NCBI GenBank assembly: GCA_963664815.2
Contig: CAXXHB010000002.1
Span: 1-64,000 of the forward strand
DNA length: 64,000 bases
Origin: Spirochaetota bacterium
Lineage (GTDB): Bacteria; Spirochaetota; UBA4802; UBA5550
Reading direction: 5' to 3'
In this document: piece by piece, positions 61,885 through 64,000 of the stretch
Numbering within the stretch: position 1 is the stretch's first letter
Layout of the letters: every line of letters starts with the position of its first letter
The notes under the pieces: generated by a model
Databases searched by the model: none
Seen by the model: only the letters and a program-made list of their open reading frames with translations
What the model was told of the DNA's origin: nothing
Position numbers and translations under genes: made by a program

Positions 61885-62844
61885 ATGCAGATTAAACTCT
61901 GGGGAGTAAGGGGCTCTCTCCCTTCTCCTGTAAATAACGAAGAATACACAGGCAAGCTGCGAAAAATTCTTGACCTGGCAATTAATAACCAGCTGAAGAA
62001 AAAAGAGGATATAGACAGTTTTCTCTCAGATCTTCCAGATGAGTTGCGTTATTTGTTTGGAGGTGACACAACCTGTGTTACAGTCAAATCTGCCTCGGGT
62101 AAGTTGTATATACTTGACTGCGGAACAGGTATCAGAAGACTTGGAAATGTCCTGATGGATGAAGATTGCGGCAAAGGGAATGGCAATCTTAATATAATGA
62201 TTACTCATAACCATTGGGATCATATACAGGGACTCCCGTTTTTCAGGCCAATTTATGTTCCCGGTAATGTTCTTAATTTTTATTCACCATATAAAAAACA
62301 GCAGGAATATCTTGAAAACCAGATGTCATCACCCTATTTCCCGGCAACTTTTCAGGGTACTGCTTCAACAAAGAACTACTTTTACATTGATCATGCAAGA
62401 ACTACACCTTTACAGCTTGAGGATGATCTGTTCCTGAGTATATATCCACTCAAGCACCCGCAGGGATGTTTTGCCTACAAGTTCATGCAAAACAACAAAA
62501 CATTTATTTTTGCAACAGATACTGAATTTACAGGGGAGACCATAGAATCAACTGGTCCCACAACCAATTTTTTTAAGAATGCTGATATCCTTGTTCTTGA
62601 TTCTCAGTACACCCTTAATGAGGCTTTCATGAAAGTAGACTGGGGACATACAAGCTATACTATGGCTGTAAACTGCGCAACAAACTGGAATGTAAAAAAG
62701 CTTATAATGACTCACCATGAACCGGCATACTCCGATGGTGTACTTCAGGAAAATTATCTTCTTGCACTGGAACACGCTCGTCTCCTGTCTGATGTTAAGA
62801 CAGAGATACTCCTTGCCAGAGAGGGGATGATTTTTGATCTTTAA
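61885..62844 (+). CDS. MBL-fold metallo-hydrolase
   Basis: WGVRGS, DCGTG, THNHWDHIQG (HxHxDH), TDTE, GHTS and HHEP. Confidence 0.9.
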   Translation: MQIKLWGVRGSLPSPVNNEEYTGKLRKILDLAINNQLKKKEDIDSFLSDLPDELRYLFGGDTTCVTVKSASGKLYILDCGTGIRRLGNVLMDEDCGKGNGNLNIMITHNHWDHIQGLPFFRPIYVPGNVLNFYSPYKKQQEYLENQMSSPYFPATFQGTASTKNYFYIDHARTTPLQLEDDLFLSIYPLKHPQGCFAYKFMQNNKTFIFATDTEFTGETIESTGPTTNFFKNADILVLDSQYTLNEAFMKVDWGHTSYTMAVNCATNWNVKKLIMTHHEPAYSDGVLQENYLLALEHARLLSDVKTEILLAREGMIFDL

Positions 62845-63631
62845 AAAATCTGTACTACCATCGTTGCTGGCACTGCTTATATTGGCTTATCCTGCACAGG
62901 CGCAGCGGACCAAATCAAGTCTCAGCGCAGGAAACCAGCGGCATTCTGAAAAAAGTCTGAAAGATAACCGGTATTTTTTAAATTTCATCAATACTACTAT
63001 ATCCAACAGCGGCTCAGATGAAGAGAAAGCAATATTTACTGAAGCCGCAAGGCGCGACCTGATATCCAGAATGCTTTATATGAAATTTGCATTCAACCCG
63101 GCGATGAATGAAGTCAGAAATACTCAACTGCTCCTGATTGAACTGTTTAATAAAATTGCTGTTCGTGAAATAGAAAGTGCAACGGCACTTCATAATGAAA
63201 TCGCTCCTGAAATTCTTAAATCAGGAAATAAAACATCAAAAAAATATATGTCTCTTGGATACAGATCCGTTGACTGGGCTAAAAAATTAATGGTTATGTC
63301 AGACAATCTCCCTGTAAATAACTATTCAATCAAGATTTATGAATATGTAAAAGCAATTAAAAATGCCAAGTACTCTAAAAGATATGCAATAATAGCTTTA
63401 ATCGAAACCAGAATCCCAACTGAAAAAAGAAACCGGATAAATTACAATAAATACAAGACAGTGCAGGAACTCATAAATTTGTATTTACCGGAATCCCGTG
63501 AACGTTACAGTAAAATTCATTTTGATAATTATTATAAAATAGAGCCTTCCACATCTCTCTATGACAGGATTTCATCAAATCCTGAACTTGAAAAAATACC
63601 CGAATATGCAAATTATGTAAAAGAAAACTAA
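62834..63631 (+). CDS. Exported protein, OmpL37-like
   Basis: Signal peptide, DNRYFLNFIN..ISN and helical pattern reminiscent of the leptospiral OmpL37 family (recognition only). Confidence 0.5.
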   Translation: MIFKKSVLPSLLALLILAYPAQAQRTKSSLSAGNQRHSEKSLKDNRYFLNFINTTISNSGSDEEKAIFTEAARRDLISRMLYMKFAFNPAMNEVRNTQLLLIELFNKIAVREIESATALHNEIAPEILKSGNKTSKKYMSLGYRSVDWAKKLMVMSDNLPVNNYSIKIYEYVKAIKNAKYSKRYAIIALIETRIPTEKRNRINYNKYKTVQELINLYLPESRERYSKIHFDNYYKIEPSTSLYDRISSNPELEKIPEYANYVKEN

Positions 63632-64000
63632 TGCCAAAAAACATCTCATTTATACTTATTTTTACTTTTATCATAACAATATCTTCTTTCAAAGAATCAG
63701 AATGTGCCAGTGAATTATCGGTTAATCCTGCGGAGGAGGCTTTTTACAGTAAACCCGATCAGATAATTAAAAAATTCAGAAAAGAAAGCTTTAACTGTCA
63801 GAAAAACATTATACTCGCAAGAGCTTACAGAGATAAAAAAAAATTAAAAACAGCCATTCTTTATTATGCAAACAGTTGTTTTGATAAACACTACAACTTT
63901 CAAATAAGACTCTTTGCTCAACCTGTTTATTCATTTGTTCAATCTGAAAATGTAAAAAGTATTTTTTATAACGAATCTGTTTATCAAATCGCCTCCCTTT
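63631..64000 (+). CDS. Exported protein, 5' part (runs off the window)
   Basis: ATG overlaps the previous stop (TAATG); signal-peptide-like MPKNISFILIF; frame is open to the window end. Confidence 0.6.
   Translation, partial: MPKNISFILIFTFIITISSFKESECASELSVNPAEEAFYSKPDQIIKKFRKESFNCQKNIILARAYRDKKKLKTAILYYANSCFDKHYNFQIRLFAQPVYSFVQSENVKSIFYNESVYQIASL

Noticed and set aside
151-63692. Many 60-190 aa ORFs in the track (e.g. 5842-6402, 50247-50720, 59522-59971, 7480-7782, 19790-20008)
   Set aside because: They are antisense or alternate-frame shadows of well-supported genes, or AT-rich intergenic ORFs with no motif or RBS.
1-64000. CRISPR arrays, IS/transposases, prophage, rRNA, tmRNA/RNase P and known defence systems
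   Set aside because: I saw no regularly spaced repeats or recognisable genes of these kinds; highly diverged ncRNAs cannot be excluded without an Rfam scan.

Overview
An AT-rich chromosomal segment, most likely from an anaerobic Spirochaetota bacterium of a Leptospirales-like lineage. The lineage is inferred from the Leptospira-type LexA recognition helix, OmpL37-like and LipL31-like proteins, the paired cNMP-binding regulators and an HATPase-HDOD protein. Anaerobic lifestyle is inferred from AOR, NikR and selenocysteine machinery. The window is mostly core and housekeeping genes: rpiB, leuS, class I adenylate cyclase, coaX, selA/selB, tRNA-Sec, prmC/prfA, tRNA-Arg(CCU), nikR, dapL and lexA, plus signalling (MCP, GGDEF, HDOD, Crp-like) and acyl-CoA/lipid genes. 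I saw no CRISPR array, IS, integrase or phage genes. The most notable items are: (1) a DnaA-box cluster at ~13 kb with no dnaA nearby; (2) a CoA-transferase-GNAT fusion whose catalytic Glu is replaced by Asn, a candidate acyl-CoA-sensing protein acetyltransferase; (3) an amidohydrolase-cNMP/TPR-Crp operon in a window that also encodes a class I adenylate cyclase, a candidate cyclic-nucleotide-modifying circuit; (4) a GGDEF-AOR-double class II aldolase operon; (5) a 7/5-fold tRNA-Sec with a bulged A. All calls are from motif recognition by eye; no database search was run.
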